Below are positions 43,068 through 58,347 of a DNA stretch of 64,000 nt, piece by piece. Below the pieces are notes generated by a model that was given only the letters and a program-made list of their open reading frames with translations, made no database searches and was not told the origin of the DNA. Position 1 is the stretch's first letter. Each line of letters starts with the position of its first letter. The position numbers and the translations under genes are program-made. The stretch is from contig OZ024747.1 of the NCBI GenBank assembly GCA_964016885.1, positions 26,598,001 through 26,662,000 on the forward strand, given 5' to 3'. Source of the DNA: Eledone cirrhosa (taxonomy: Eukaryota).

Positions 43068-43372
43068 ATTTCTTTATTGGCCGCAAGGGCCAATATATAG
43101 AGGACAATACAAAGGACGGGGGTAGTGAGGAGTTTACAGAAAAATCGAAAAAACAATATAAAAATCAAAAACGATATAACAATACAAATTCCCCAATAGG
43201 CGGAGGACTTCCCAGGGGCGACTCAGGAACCCCACCAATCTTGAACAACTCCACGCTCCAAGAACGTCCGAGGAAGGCGTCACTCTCCTCTCCAAATCAG
43301 GCAGCATACAGGCGCATGGTCAGAGTAGGCCCATTCACACGGGCCATCCTCGCAACATTCACCTACCTTTTA
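43068..43372 (-). mobile_element. Divergent Tx1-like LINE 3' fragment
   Basis: tttctttattggcc...ccccaatagg...ggcccattcacacgggccatcctcgcaac shared with the Tx1 3' end. Confidence 0.7.
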
Positions 43373-45269
43373 GCACGTCAATTACAATACCACTTCTAAT
43401 TACCTCATCTAATTTAGCTACCAGCCACCCCTCCTTTCCATTTTCTTCTGTTTTAATGATAGAGGTCCCAGATAATGGTGTTGGTGCTAAGGGTGGTGGG
43501 GATGATGGTGTTGGTGGTGCTAGTGGTGGTGTGTATAAAGGTGTTGTTGGTGGTGGAGGTGGTGATGGGTGGTGCTAGTTGTGGTTGGGAAGGTGGTGCT
43601 AGTTGTGGTTGGGAAGATGGTGTTAGTGGTGCTGCTGGTGCTGGTGGGGATGATAGTGTTTGTTGGTGATGGTGGTGGTGTTAGTTGTGGTGGCGGTTAA
43701 GAATAATGGAATTAGTATGAGAAGGATTAAGTAGGAAGTATAGGTCAGATGACTAGGAGGAAGGTGGTGTAGGTAGTGGTGGTGATGAGAAGGTAGAGAT
43801 TGATGAAGAGAGGGGTGTAGAGAAAGAGGAGATGTGGGAAGAGTAATAATGCAATTAGAATAGATTATGTCCACATTGGTAGCAAAGCAACAATCACAAC
43901 ACTAGCAGCAATAACTTAAAGTCAATCCTGGATACAGTTATATGCTCATATGTCTCTGGAAATAACTATGATTTCGGTTATTCAAGGATGATACTATGCA
44001 TTCCAAAGCACATTGGGATGCCACAAAACAGGTAGACAAAGAAAAAGACTATAGCTCCCATGCTTTTTATCATATACCTGCTTCATTGGCAACCGTCTGG
44101 TCCTAAACAATCACTACAACCACATCAACAACAACAGCATACACTCTTGCACTCTATGCCACTAAAACAGAATAAATACTACAGCCACACGCATGAAAAA
44201 AATTACAAAATCTACATACATGGCGTGAAACAATTGTTCATATATGATTTTTAAGAAAATAATAAAACAAAAAACAAAATGGCTACTGGTTGCAGAAACC
44301 GGAGCAAACTAAATTCCCAACGTCCATATTGATTCACAGCAGTTTAAGAAGGATTAACCTTAGGAGGATATATTTTTGATGTTTCAGTACTTAATACATC
44401 TCTGTTCTATTTAAAGAACACTATGTATTCTTACGTTCAAACAGACATCAGACATTTATGTAGAACAAGATTCTTCTACATCGGATCGGCGGGAGTCCCG
44501 GAAGTAGATTCTGACATATATGCGTTACAGACAAGAGCAGGATATCTGCAGAAAATATCAAATTGCATAAAGACATTTACTTATCTGAGAGTAATTCCTC
44601 TTCAGTTGAAGTTATGAAGGAAAATGAACGACAATAGGAAGATACGAAGATTTGGAGAGGATGAAGTGGTAGTAAAATAAAATGGTTATTTGTATCTATG
44701 TGCGTATGTGTATATGTCTGTATGTGTATATCCATGTATGTATGTGTGTGTATGTATGTATGAATGTATGTGTGTATACATTCATACATATACATCTGAA
44801 TTAGTATATAATAAATATACATGTACGTTCATGTACGTTCGTTGTTGTGTGGATATGTGGCATGAATTTATATATGTGTGTTGATGAGTTCCATAAACCA
44901 TTTAGCAGTAGAACATCCTCTTAGTGAAATTACTACATATTATTTATTTGCATCAAGCTTCTCGTAGAGATATGAAACACACACACACGCGCGCGCGCGC
45001 GCGCACACACACATTCTACCGCACTGTGTGTCACGTATAGCTAAACTTTGTGGGTTCTTTAAAGTAACGAATGCCTAGATACATTCACACGATACAACGA
45101 TGAAGCTTCTGCGTCTACATGATACCTCAATCCCCACAAATACAACGACAGCTTTTGAAAAATCTGTTGTCTGTTGCCTGTGTGTGGTTCCTAAAGTGTT
45201 CTTCTGAATGAAATTGAGGAGCTGGTTGGAATGGCCAGAAGCAGGACGATATTTGAGTTTACATCAAAG

Positions 45270-45440
45270 TAGGCTTCTCGGCGAATTGAATTGAATTAGA
45301 ACGTCAGACAGAATATTTTGCGGTATTTTGTTCCGGCTCCCTGCCGCCTGAGTTCAAATCCTGCCGAGGTCAACTTTGCCTTTCATTCTTTGGACGTGAA
45401 TAAAGTATGAATAAAGTACCAATCAGTACTGGGATCGATT
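45270..45440 (+). mobile_element. Diverged SINE family A copy
   Basis: gagttcaaatcctgccgaggtcaactttgcctttcatt. Confidence 0.6.
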
Positions 45441-46084
45441 CGGAAAGTAGTCTTACTGCACCTTCCTTCTCCATCTAAAGTATATATATATACCCTGCGC
45501 ATTATTCGTTAGTCTTATGCTACTTTCATTCCTGCTGTCTGTCCTAATTTGGGGAAAATCCTTGTTGTGGAGGGAGACCATCTTTTAAAACTGGGATTCC
45601 AAAACCTTTTTCGACCATCTACTCCTGCATGAAGCCATTAATTCCTCATCGAACCCAGACATGTACAAAATATATAAGTAAATAACTCAGTCAGTAAACG
45701 GAATATAATATATGTGTAAATTGAAACAAACTAAATCAGGGACCCCAACGTTTTAGACTATTGGTTCTTTCATGGAATCCTGGACCCACCCCTACTCCAT
45801 CAATCCTAAGATAGTACAAACGTCAATAAGTAAATAACTAAATCAATAAACAGAGTATAAACCAAATAAACAGTAAATACTATATATAAATCAGAAAGTT
45901 GTATAAACAAGTTGTATTTTATTGTATTATTTTATGCATTTATTGTGTTATATTTTTTATGTATATTTTCAATAAAGAAAATATTATTTTATGTATCTTC
46001 ATTTATATAAATATCAGATTTTGATCCAAAAGTGCGATCGACAAACTCGACCACCTCCCCTTCTAAGTAGTCCCATCGCAAAAT

Positions 46085-46273
46085 CAGCCAGCAAGAGACT
46101 CGGGGTCAGACCCTGAACAAGATGGTTGGATAACATCCATGAGCTTGGCTGGTCTTGCTTGGGGATCCACCAGGATCAATTGGAGACAGTTGCTTTTGAC
46201 AGGGCCCGCTGGAATTAGTGGTTGAGGTCTCTGCCCCCACAACCCTCTCAGGAATATGTGGAAGAAGAAGAAG
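46085..46273 (+). mobile_element. RTE/Rex3-like LINE 3' end
   Basis: RTRGRP.TRWLDNIHELGWSCLGI...DRARW...LPPQP followed by a (GAA)n tail. Confidence 0.65.
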
Positions 46274-46281
46274 GTTTGGTA

Positions 46282-46320
<39 letters not shown>

Positions 46321-46869
46321 CTTGTATGTATGTGTATATATGTATGTATGTATGCATGCATTGACAATAAAATTTAAAAAATAATAAACTCTATGGTCAT
46401 CAGCCATCGAAATGGACGTACATAGTTTCGACTGGTATCGGCGGTACTACTGGTCTATCCGGGATTACAGTGTCTGACAAAATCGTCAGGCTCTGGCCTT
46501 GGAGTATCGAGGCGAAATAACAACAACAAAAAACTTACATACGTAGAAATATATGTACGACATTTATGTCACAGTATACATAAGGAAAAGAGCTTATAAG
46601 ACCTGGAGACAACGGCGCGCACAAAGAAAGGCAGATAGCGTAACGCTCAGAAGAAAAAAAATGTTGGTTGATATTAAGGTTAAGGGATAAAGATCTCATA
46701 ACTCCTTGTAGAGTCGTAGAGGCCCCATCATACGGCGTGTCTAGGGCACTTTTAAGAGACCCCAACCCACTCCAGGTCTGAACACAGCCGATTTTTGTCT
46801 ATAAAGAAAGAATCGATCCCAGCTAGAAAGTGAGAGAGAGAGGAAAATGAGGAAGCGATATAGAGGAAG

Positions 46870-47030
46870 AATCCACCCCAGTACTAGACAGGTACTTTTT
46901 TTATTGACCTCAAAAGGATGAAAGGCAAAATTGACCCCGGTGGGATTTGAACTCAGAGCGTGCAATGAGGTGGGACGAATACCGTAAAGCATTCTATCCG
47001 ACGTCTTAACGACTCTGCCAATTCGAATAA
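46870..47030 (-). mobile_element. Diverged SINE family A copy
   Basis: ggatgaaaggcaaaattgaccccggtgggatttgaactcag. Confidence 0.6.
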
Positions 47031-47411
47031 GGTGTGAGGAATACCAAACTGAAATAATGTAACAATAGTCATGGGAAAAGAAAGATGTGCCACGAAAAAA
47101 TAAGCAACTAAACAAGAGAGAGGAGGAAAAACACTCGCATCATAGGTGATATATTCAGGGGCTGTGGAACTGGGGGGGGGGGGTCTAGTTATATTTTTAT
47201 TTTTAATGTAAAATAAAATTATTATTAGATTCTCCAGCTGCTGTATCAATATGAATCACTATTTTGACGCTTATAGACATTTTTATGAACCACGTCAAAT
47301 ATTCGCGGTTTTTTCATACTTCGCGGGTGCTCAAGAAACGAAACCCCCGTGAATATTGGGGCACAACTGTATATACATATATGTGTGTGTGTGTGTGTGT
47401 GCGCGCGCGCG

Positions 47412-47635
47412 TGATGGACTCTCCCGTCGATTCGACGTATGAGGGTTCAACAGTCTTTTCGGTTCATTGTTTTATGTTTATGACTCAAGTGGTACTTCAA
47501 TCCAGCTGCTGATTTACACATCAATCTGCATTTGGTGCCGCTGACAGGATCTTGAAGAGAGCAGGCTGGAATGCCTGACCAGACTCTGGTGTCAGATCGT
47601 ATCTCACAGAGGTGGGCTAAACGAGATTTCTCAAA
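47412..47635 (-). mobile_element. RTE-BovB-like LINE 3' fragment
   Basis: CRLMCKSAAGLKYHL..H terminal zinc-finger-like motif followed by a cgtcgaatcgacgggagagtccatca 3' end. Confidence 0.55.
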
Positions 47636-47842
47636 GTATATATATGTATATATATATATATATGTATGTATGTATATATATGGGGGGGGGGGCGTGTGAC
47701 TGTATGGATACGTGTAATAATGAGTACATATGTATATATCCATATGCATGTGCACTAAAAATGTATATCTGTGTATGTGTGAATATGTATGTGTGTGCGT
47801 GTGTGTATTATCGAAAGTGCTGTATTAAACCAAACGCTGGTC

Positions 47843-47894
<52 letters not shown>

Positions 47895-48573
47895 TGCATA
47901 TACACACTTTGTACACAAACACAACCAAAAGTATACATTCGTACATACTAAACAAACACGCAGCAATAAACAAGCCAACAAAACAAAGCAAGAGCTAATC
48001 ACGTACCACACATAGCGAACTAGCTGCAAAGAAAACTGCTAAGATAAACACGTTACGATAGTAAACCGCTTTAGTGGTCAGCCACTCATTTACCACCAAC
48101 CTTCTATATTTCATATGTTTATTGCTAGATGTCTTTTAACTATGAATTAATTACTGTATTCAACACTCTCGGGCTGGAAACTGTCAACGTTTATATGTAT
48201 TTATATAAACAGGAGATTAGTTCATATTTAGTGTACTCTTGAGTATTGAGAAGGGCTAATTGGTCATATGTGATGTGCGTGTGTGTGTGTGTGTGTGTGT
48301 GTAAGTTCTATTTATTATTCCTATTCTTTTTCTTATTATTATTAATCCTTCGTGTGGGCAGAGTTTTCTGACACGCCTTCCAATTGTCCTACAGGAACCA
48401 ACCGAAACCAGATGATCCGGCTGTGTGTTTCACTCGGAAAGATTTATTCTATTTTTGTCTTAATTACCACTCCTTTATTTTGATATTCACTAACAATTAC
48501 CGTACGTCTTTTTTTTTTCTTTTTTTTTCTCCAACTAAAAGAAAGATTTCAATTAATTTGTACATACATACAT

Positions 48574-48658
<85 letters not shown>

Positions 48659-48687
48659 CAAATTAATTGAAATTATGTGTGTGTGTG

Positions 48688-48754
<67 letters not shown>

Positions 48755-48933
48755 GCCAGATGTTGTGTCTGTCTTCAGTCGTCAGAATCTGACGACTGAA
48801 GACAGACACATCTGCCTTCAAAAAACCACTGGTAAATGAAATAATTATCTTATGTTGTTTATTACATAACTAATAAGCTCTGTAGCCTACATAAAGCACT
48901 CTTTTTTCCTGTACCTTTCCGGCGGAAATACTT

Positions 48934-48974
<41 letters not shown>

Positions 48975-48977
<3 letters not shown>

Positions 48978-49395
48978 AAGGTTAAACAAGGTTCAATGAA
49001 TAAATCAAAGAATGAGTTTTACAATATATTGGAAGCACTTAACAGAAATGGTTTTCCGGAGTTATTAATATTTATTCAAAATATTAACAAAAATAGACAT
49101 TCGTGTGATCAAGTATATTTTATTATACATATTTCAGAGGGACTGAGCTATCTTCAACAGTTCGTCCTCATCAGATAAAATAAAATGATGCGTGACATAC
49201 CCTGACTTAGTAGATAGTTAAGATTCAGTTATCATGACTGAATCTTAACTATCTACTAAGTCAGGGTATGTCATGCATCATCTTATTTTATCTGATGAGA
49301 ACGAACTGTTGAAGATAGCTCAGTCCCTCTGAAATATGTATAATAAAATATACTTGATCACACGAATGTCTATTTTTGTTAATATTTTGAATTAA
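48975..49395. mobile_element. Palindromic ribozyme-bearing element
   Basis: Arms ~49074-49392 centred at 49233, ~100-bp tail on the left, (TA)n flanks; homologous to 60980-61408. Confidence 0.75.
49285..49349 (+). ncRNA. Type I hammerhead ribozyme (mirror copy on - strand at 49117-49181)
   Basis: ATTTTAT-CTGATGA-G(A/G)ACGAACTG..CAGTCCCTCT-GAAA-TATGTA-TA-ATAAAAT; stem II imperfect. Confidence 0.65.
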
Positions 49396-49397
49396 TA

Positions 49398-49515
<118 letters not shown>

Positions 49516-49551
49516 GGAGGTGAGTAATATTGTAGAACAATAAAACTATGC

Positions 49552-50090
<539 letters not shown>

Positions 50091-50099
50091 CTATCTATA

Positions 50100-50131
<32 letters not shown>

Positions 50132-50135
<4 letters not shown>

Positions 50136-50345
50136 TTACCCCCGATTCAATCGGGGGTAACCACAGTAAGTAAGGTACTCAATACATAGCAGAGTATAAA
50201 TGTTTTAATATAGAAAAGCTTCTACAGGACTAGAACTGTTTCATTCGTGAGAAATCATCAGGAAGCTTCATCAGGAAGCTTCCTGATGATTTCTCACGAA
50301 TGAAACAGTTCTCGTCCTGTAGAAGCTTTTCTATATTAAAACAAT
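50132..50345. mobile_element. Palindromic ribozyme-bearing element (deleted homologue at 12545-12650)
   Basis: Arms ~50203-50342; tail with terminal hairpin gttacccccgattcaatcgggggtaac next to (TA)n. Confidence 0.75.
50274..50330 (+). ncRNA. Type I hammerhead ribozyme (mirror copy on - strand at 50216-50268)
   Basis: GGAAGCTTC-CTGATGA-TTTC tcac GAAT-GAA-ACAG ttctcgtc CTGT-A-GAAGCTTTT; GUA triplet. Confidence 0.7.
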
Positions 50346-50404
50346 ATATATATATATAGTAATAATAAATGTGAAGACTAAAATCTGAAAAGGGCTCGAT
50401 AAGG

Positions 50405-50552
<148 letters not shown>

Positions 50553-50586
50553 ATATAAGCTAAAATGTAAAATTCTATGTGCTTAC

Positions 50587-50772
50587 CATTTTCTGCTGTT
50601 CCAGCCTATTTCTGTTGACCACTGCATGTATATTCCTTGGGTGGGTACTGAGTCGTTTACTGATCTGACCTTGGATAGGTGAGCTCTGTAGTAATGTCCA
50701 AATGTTACAAAAACATAGCGAGACGGTGTTCAGAAAGAACAGGACTTCAAGAAACTGGCTTTCACGTTTCAT
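50587..50772 (-). CDS. Dickkopf-family (DKK3-like) secreted cysteine-rich protein, coding exon 1 (signal peptide)
   Basis: ATG at 50772; MKRESQFLEVLFFLNTVSLCFCNIWTLLQSS...RLEQQKM has a hydrophobic signal-peptide-like N-terminus; donor ATG|gtaagc at 50587/50586; phase 0 matches the next exon. Confidence 0.75.
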
Positions 50773-51035
50773 GTTGTTATAGTTGTTCTTTGTTTATGTT
50801 ATCTCGTTGTTGTTGTTTCGTTGTTGCTGTTGTTGTTGTTGGTATCAATTGTTATTGTTTCTTTTTATTTTCTTGTTTGTTTGTTCTGTTTTGTTTTCTT
50901 TCTATTGATGAAAACAAATCAATCAATTTTTATCTGATATCAAAATGAATCCCTGTTTGGCAATATTTTAAATATTGTCGTCTGCTTTACTCTACTTAGC
51001 TATGATGATTTTCAAGGCATCAGTAAAATTCGATT

Positions 51036-51142
<107 letters not shown>

Positions 51143-51241
51143 TTATTTATTTATTAAAATAACAGATTAAAGTTTAAGCAAAGAATCGCTGCTTTCACCC
51201 TTAACGGGATCTTCTGAAACTCTTATTATTATTATTATTAT

Positions 51242-51323
<82 letters not shown>

Positions 51324-52347
51324 TGGGAGGTGGATGAAAACTGTAGATAAAAGTCTAAGATGTTAGCTTAAATTTATTCAACTGATAAATAAAATATTTT
51401 GTTGATTTGAGCTGATATAATCAAATAAATCTAAGTCGTCTTTGCTTGTAGTTTCTTTGTATGTATTTGAATATATGATTTAAACGATTCTTCTTTGTCA
51501 CTTTAAAATAAATAAATATCTCAAAAAAAGAAAATGGCTGAGAAATATAATACAAATGTGTGTGTATGTGAAATATTATAGTCTTGTATATGATATATAT
51601 ATATATATAAATATTGTGTCAAGTATTGGTAAGATTGTTAGTGCTACTGTGCTTGGTATTTTTAGCTATAGCTAATGTCTCATTAGAAATGTTTTAAATT
51701 GGTTGAAAACGTCTTGTTTGAATTTCATCTGCTGCAAATGAATGCAAATTGCAATTGCTTCAAAATGTAATATTTGTTTCTTCTTCTCGGGTATTGGAAT
51801 AATTAGTTAAAATAATCTGGGAAGAGAAATTCAGGTTTCCATTAAAAAGTTTTTTTTTTTAAATGTTGGAATCTTAAGAGACGTTTATAAGGGGTAGATC
51901 CCTTTTAACTTGTCTGACAAACCTCAGCGCAATTTCTTTTATATATGTACATGTGTGTATGTATGTGTACCTAAATAGACCTGTATATATGTATGTGTGT
52001 ATGCTTATAAGTGTGTCTGTATGTCTGTGTATATACATATATGTGTGCGTACGTGTGTGTGTGTGTGGGTGTGTGTAAGTGAACAGTAAACAGGGAGTTT
52101 GTTGACACCTATGTTGACAATATAATTTGAAAGCTGAATGTACACCAAGACACATACACACACACACACGCGTGCGCACTCACATACACACACGCACACG
52201 CTTACACACGCACTCACATACACACACACATATATACTCATACGCACATACAAATCTATTTATATATATATATATATACACACACGTACATATACATATA
52301 TATATACATACATACAGACGGACATAAATACATACATCCATCCATAC

Positions 52348-52378
<31 letters not shown>

Positions 52379-52539
52379 CATACATACATACATACATACA
52401 TACATACATACATACATACATACATAATGAAAATAAATGAAATGAAAAACTGAACAAAGAGAGTGGGAGGGGGGGGGGACATTAAACGGGAGGAGTTGGG
52501 GAGGAGGAGAAGAGTGGGGTTAGTATGCGTGCCCGCGCG

Positions 52540-53200
52540 TGTCTGTATATGTCTGTATCTGTGTGTATATATGTCTGTATATGTGTATATGTCTGTATAT
52601 GTGTATATGTCTGTATATGTGTATATGTCTGTATATGTGTATATATGCCTGTATATGTGTATATGTGTGTATATGTGTGTATATGCCTGTATATGTGTAT
52701 ATGTATGTATATGTGTGTATATGCCTGTATATGTGTATATGTGTGTATATGCGTATATGTGTGTATATGTGTGTATATGTGTGTATATGTGTATATGTGT
52801 GTATATGTGTGTATATGTGTGTATATGCCTGTATATGCCTGTATGTGTGTATATGTGTGTATATGTGTGTATATGCCTGTATATGTGTATATGTGTGTAT
52901 ATGTGTATATGTGTGTATATATGTGTATATGTGTGTATATGTGTATATGTGTATATGTGTGTATATGTGTGTATATGTGTGTATATGCCTGTATATGCCT
53001 GTATATGTGTATATGTGTGTATATATGTGTATATGTGTATATGTGTGTATATGTGTATATGTGTGTATATGTGTGTATATGTGTGTATATATGTGTATAT
53101 GTGTATATGTGTGTATATGTGTATATGTGTGTATATGTGTGTATATGTGTGTATATGTGTGTATATGTGTATATGTGTGTATATGTGTGTATATGTGTGT
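52540..53200. repeat. (GTATATGT/GTATATGTGT)n repeat
   Basis: Direct reading. Confidence 0.9.
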
Positions 53201-53379
53201 TTAAGCGAGCCGAGGTGCGGGTAAGTGAGAGGGGGAACTAAGGGTGCCAGAATGTGGTGGTGGAGGGTGGGATGGGGGTATGTCTGGCTATGGGGGGGGG
53301 GGAGACTTTCTAGATCAACAACGTCATATCAACATTGTGATAGGAGAGAGGGGGGAGGAGGAATATCATTTGAAAATAA

Positions 53380-53420
53380 CAACTACTACTACTACTACTA
53401 CTACTACTGCAACTACTACA

Positions 53421-53455
<35 letters not shown>

Positions 53456-53858
53456 AACTACTACAACTACTACTACTACTACTACAACTACTACTACTGC
53501 AACTACTACTACTGCAACTACTACTACTACTACAACAACTACTACTACTACTACTACTACTGCAACTACTACTACTGCAACTACTACTACTACTACTGCT
53601 ACTGCTACTGCAACTACTACTACTACTACTACTACAACTACTACTACTACTACTGCAACTACTACTACTACTACAACAACTACTACTACTACTACTACTG
53701 CAACTACTACTACTACTACTGCAACTACTACTACTACTACTGCAACTACTACTACTACTACAACAACTACTACTACTACTACAACTACTACTACAACTAC
53801 TACTACAACTACTACTACTACTACTACTGCAACTACTACTGCAACTACTACTACTACA

Positions 53859-53914
<56 letters not shown>

Positions 53915-54017
53915 AACTACTAATACTACTACTACTACTACTGCAACTACAACTACTACTACAATTACTACTACTGCAACTACTACTACTACTGCAACTA
54001 CTACTACTACTACTGCA

Positions 54018-54065
<48 letters not shown>

Positions 54066-54230
54066 GCAACTACTACTACTACTACTACTACTGCAACTAC
54101 TACTACTACTACAACAACTACTACTACTACTACTACTGCAACTACTACTACTACTACTGCAACTACTACTACTACTACTGCAACTACTACTACTACTACA
54201 ACAACTACTACTACTACTACTACTACTGCA

Positions 54231-54275
<45 letters not shown>

Positions 54276-54605
54276 GCAACTACTACTACTACTACTACAA
54301 CTACTACTACAACTACTACTACAACTACTACTACTACTACTGCAACTACTACTACTACTACTGCAACTACTACTACTACTACTACTACTACAACTACTAC
54401 TACTACTACTACTACTACTACAACTACTAATACTACTACTACTACTATTACTACTACTACTACTGCAACTACTACTACTGCAACTACTACTACTACTACT
54501 GCTACTACTACTGCAACTACTACTACTGCAACTACTACTACTACTACTACAACTACTACTACAACTACTACTACTACTACTGCAATTACTACTACTACTA
54601 TTACA

Positions 54606-54646
<41 letters not shown>

Positions 54647-54791
54647 AACTACTACTACTACTACTACTACTACTACTGCAACTACTACTACTGCAACTAC
54701 TACTACTACTACTACAACTACTACTACTACTACTGCAACTACTACTACTACTACTACTACTACAACTACTACTACTACTACTACTACTACA

Positions 54792-54826
<35 letters not shown>

Positions 54827-54926
54827 TACAACTACTAATACTACTACTACTACTACTGCAACTACTACAACTACTACTACAACTACTACTACTACTACTA
54901 CTACTACTGCAACTACTACTACTACA

Positions 54927-54973
<47 letters not shown>

Positions 54974-55076
54974 AACTACTAATACTACTACTACTACTAC
55001 TGCAACTACAACTACTACTACAATTACTACTACTGCAACTACTACTACTACTGCAACTACTACTACTACTACTGCA

Positions 55077-55118
<42 letters not shown>

Positions 55119-55433
55119 GCAACTACTACTACTACTACTACTACAACTACTACTACAACTACTACTACAACTACTACTACTACTACTGCAACTACTACTA
55201 CTACTACTACTACTGCTACTACTACTGCAACTACTACTACTGCAACTACTACTACTACTACTACAACTACTACTACTACTACTGCAACTACTACTGCAAC
55301 TACTACTACTACTACTACAACTACTACTACTACTACTGCAATTACTACTACTACTACAACTACTACTACAACTACTACTACAACTACTACTACTACTACT
55401 ACTGCAACTACTACTGCAACTACTACTACTACA

Positions 55434-55489
<56 letters not shown>

Positions 55490-55592
55490 AACTACTAATA
55501 CTACTACTACTACTACTGCAACTACAACTACTACTACAATTACTACTACTGCAACTACTACTACTACTGCAACTACTACTACTACTACTGCA

Positions 55593-55637
<45 letters not shown>

Positions 55638-56463
55638 GCAACTACTACTACTACTACTACTACTACAACTACTACTACAACTACTACTACAACTACTACT
55701 ACTACTACTGCAACTACTACTACTACTACTACTACTGCTACTACTACTGCAACTACTACTACTGCAACTACTACTACTACTACTACAACTACTACTACTA
55801 CTACTGCAACTACTACTGCAACTACTACTACTACTACTACAACTACTACTACTACTACTGCAATTACTACTACTACTACAACTACTACTACAACTACTAC
55901 TACTACTACTACTGCAACTACTACTGCAACTACTACTACAACTACTACTACTACTACTACTACAACTACTACAACTACTGCTACTGCTACTACTACTACT
56001 ACTACTACTACTACTGCAAGTACTACTACTACAACTACTACTGCAACTACTACTACTGCAACTACTACTACTACAACTACTACAACTACTGCAACTACTA
56101 CTACTACTACTACTACTGCAACTACTACTACTACTACTACTACAACTACTACTACTGTAACTACTACTACTACAACTACTACTACTACTACTACTGCAAC
56201 TACTACTACTACTACTACTACAACTACTACTACTGTAACTACTACTACTACAACTACTACAACTACTACTACTGCAACTACTACTACTACAACTACTACA
56301 ACTACTACTAGTACAACTACAATAGCTATTACAACTACTACTACAACTACTACTACAACTACAACTACTACTACTACAACAACTACTATTAGAAGAAGAA
56401 GAAGAAGAAGAAGAAGAAGAAGAAGAAGAAGAAGAAGAAGAAGAAGAAGAAGAAGAAGAAGAA
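53380..56463. repeat. 3-kb (ACT)n-based compound microsatellite ending in (GAA)n
   Basis: ACT repeats with GCA/ACA interruptions and internally duplicated blocks. Confidence 0.97.
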
Positions 56464-56707
56464 ATGAGCGATGACATTTGTGTCAATAGTACCTAGTAGA
56501 GCAGATATAGGGTGGGAACAACTTTAGCTCTCCCTCTCTCTCGCTCTCCCTCTCTCTTTCTCCCCTCTCGTTCTCTCTTTGCTTCCTTTTCTCCTCTATC
56601 ACTAGGAAAGTCTGACACTCTATGCATTTGTCTTTTCATTTACATGAATCTTCGGGTGCATTTATATGCATATATATGCACATATATATGCATATATATA
56701 TATACGC

Positions 56708-56738
<31 letters not shown>

Positions 56739-56779
56739 TAGATAGATATACATACATACATACATACATACATGCATAC

Positions 56780-57210
56780 ATGGTGGTGGTGGTTGTTTCT
56801 GTGGTGGTGGTGGTGGTGGTGGTGGTGGTGGTGGTGGTGGTGGTGGTGGTGGTGATGGTGGTGGTGGTGATGATGGTGGTGGTGGTGGTGGTGGTGGTGG
56901 TGGTATATGTTGGTGGTGGTGGTGGTGGTGGTGGTGGTGGTGGTGGTAGTGGTGGTGGTGGTATGTGTTGGTGGTGGTAGTGATGGTGGTGGTATGTGTT
57001 GGTGGTGGCGGTGGTGGTGGTGGTATGTGTTGGTGGTGGTGGTGGTGGTGGTGGTGGTGGTAGTGATGGTGGTGGTATGTGTTGGTGGTGGTGATGGTGG
57101 TGGTAGTGATGGTGGTGGTGGTGGTGGTGGTGGTGGTGGTAGTGATGGTGGTGGTATGTGATGGTGGTGGTGATGGTGGTGGTATGTGATGGTGGTGGCG
57201 GTGGTGGTAT
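56780..57210. repeat. (GGT)n microsatellite
   Basis: Direct reading. Confidence 0.9.
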
Positions 57211-57440
57211 TTTATTTTCATCTGCCAAATATTTGTCAGTCTTGATATCAGATTAGTCAGTGTTTAAAAATTGTGTACGTGTGTGTATGTGTATGTGCTT
57301 ACGTGAGTATGTGTGTGTATGTGTGAGGGTGTGGGTGTGTATGTATGTGCGTTTGTATGTTTGTGTGTATATATGGGGGGGGGGGTAATTGTTGGTTGCA
57401 TTGCCAGATGGACCTACCCGAGAACATGATGCATGCATGT

Positions 57441-57463
57441 GTAGTAGTAGTAGTAGTAGTAGC

Positions 57464-57495
<32 letters not shown>

Positions 57496-57616
57496 CAGTA
57501 GTAGTAGTAGTAGCAGTAGTAGTAGCAGTAGTAGTAGTAGCAGTAGCAGTAGCAGTAGCAGTAGTAGTAGTAGTAGTAGTAGTAGTAGCAGTAGTAGTAG
57601 TAGCAGTAGTAGTAGC

Positions 57617-57654
<38 letters not shown>

Positions 57655-58050
57655 CAGTAGTAGTAGCAGTAGTAGTAGCAGTAGTAGTAGTAGCAGTAGC
57701 AGTAGCAGTAGCAGTAGTAGTAGTAGTAGTAGTAGTAGTAGCAGTAGTAGTAGTAGCAGTAGTAGTAGCAGTAGTAGTAGTAGCAGTAGCAGTAGCAGTA
57801 GCAGTAGTAGTAGTAGTAGTAGTAGTAGTAGCAGTAGTAGTAGTAGCAGTAGTAGTAGCAGTAGTAGTAGTAGCAGTAGCAGTAGCAGTAGCAGTAGTAG
57901 TAGTAGTAGTAGTAGTAGTAGCAGTAGTAGTAGTAGCAGTAGTAGTAGCAGTAGTAGTAGTAGCAGTAGCAGTAGCAGTAGCAGTAGTAGTAGTAGTAGT
58001 CGTAGCAGCAGCAGCAGTAGTAGTAGTAGTAATAGTAATAGTAGTAGTAG
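57441..58050. repeat. (AGT)n/(AGC)n microsatellite
   Basis: Direct reading. Confidence 0.95.
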
Positions 58051-58096
58051 TTGTTGTTGTTGTTGTAGAAAGGTGTATGTATTAAAGATCAGACTA

Positions 58097-58144
<48 letters not shown>

Positions 58145-58149
<5 letters not shown>

Positions 58150-58347
58150 AACGAGTAGGACCCCGACGGCTGAGCTCAAGCCGTTTCGACGGCTAATTCT
58201 GGACTAAAATGTCCAGAATTAGCCGTCGAAACGGCTTGAGCTCAGCCGTCGGGGTCCTACTCGTTCCTATTACCCACTCTACTACCCTAAGTATTGAGTA
58301 CTTTGGTGCGTTATGGTCCACCTGATTCCTTACCACATTTCCTTCGT

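Noticed and set aside
48975-49178. 67-aa ORF resembling a GIY-YIG C-terminus (ILEALN)
   Set aside because: It is antisense to the ribozyme orientation of that arm and is not kept open in the homologue at 61310-61408.
53244-56486. 1076-aa poly-Thr and 1058-aa poly-Ser/Cys ORFs (mucin-like)
   Set aside because: Produced by a stop-free (ACT)n microsatellite; no signal peptide, domain or convincing splice context.
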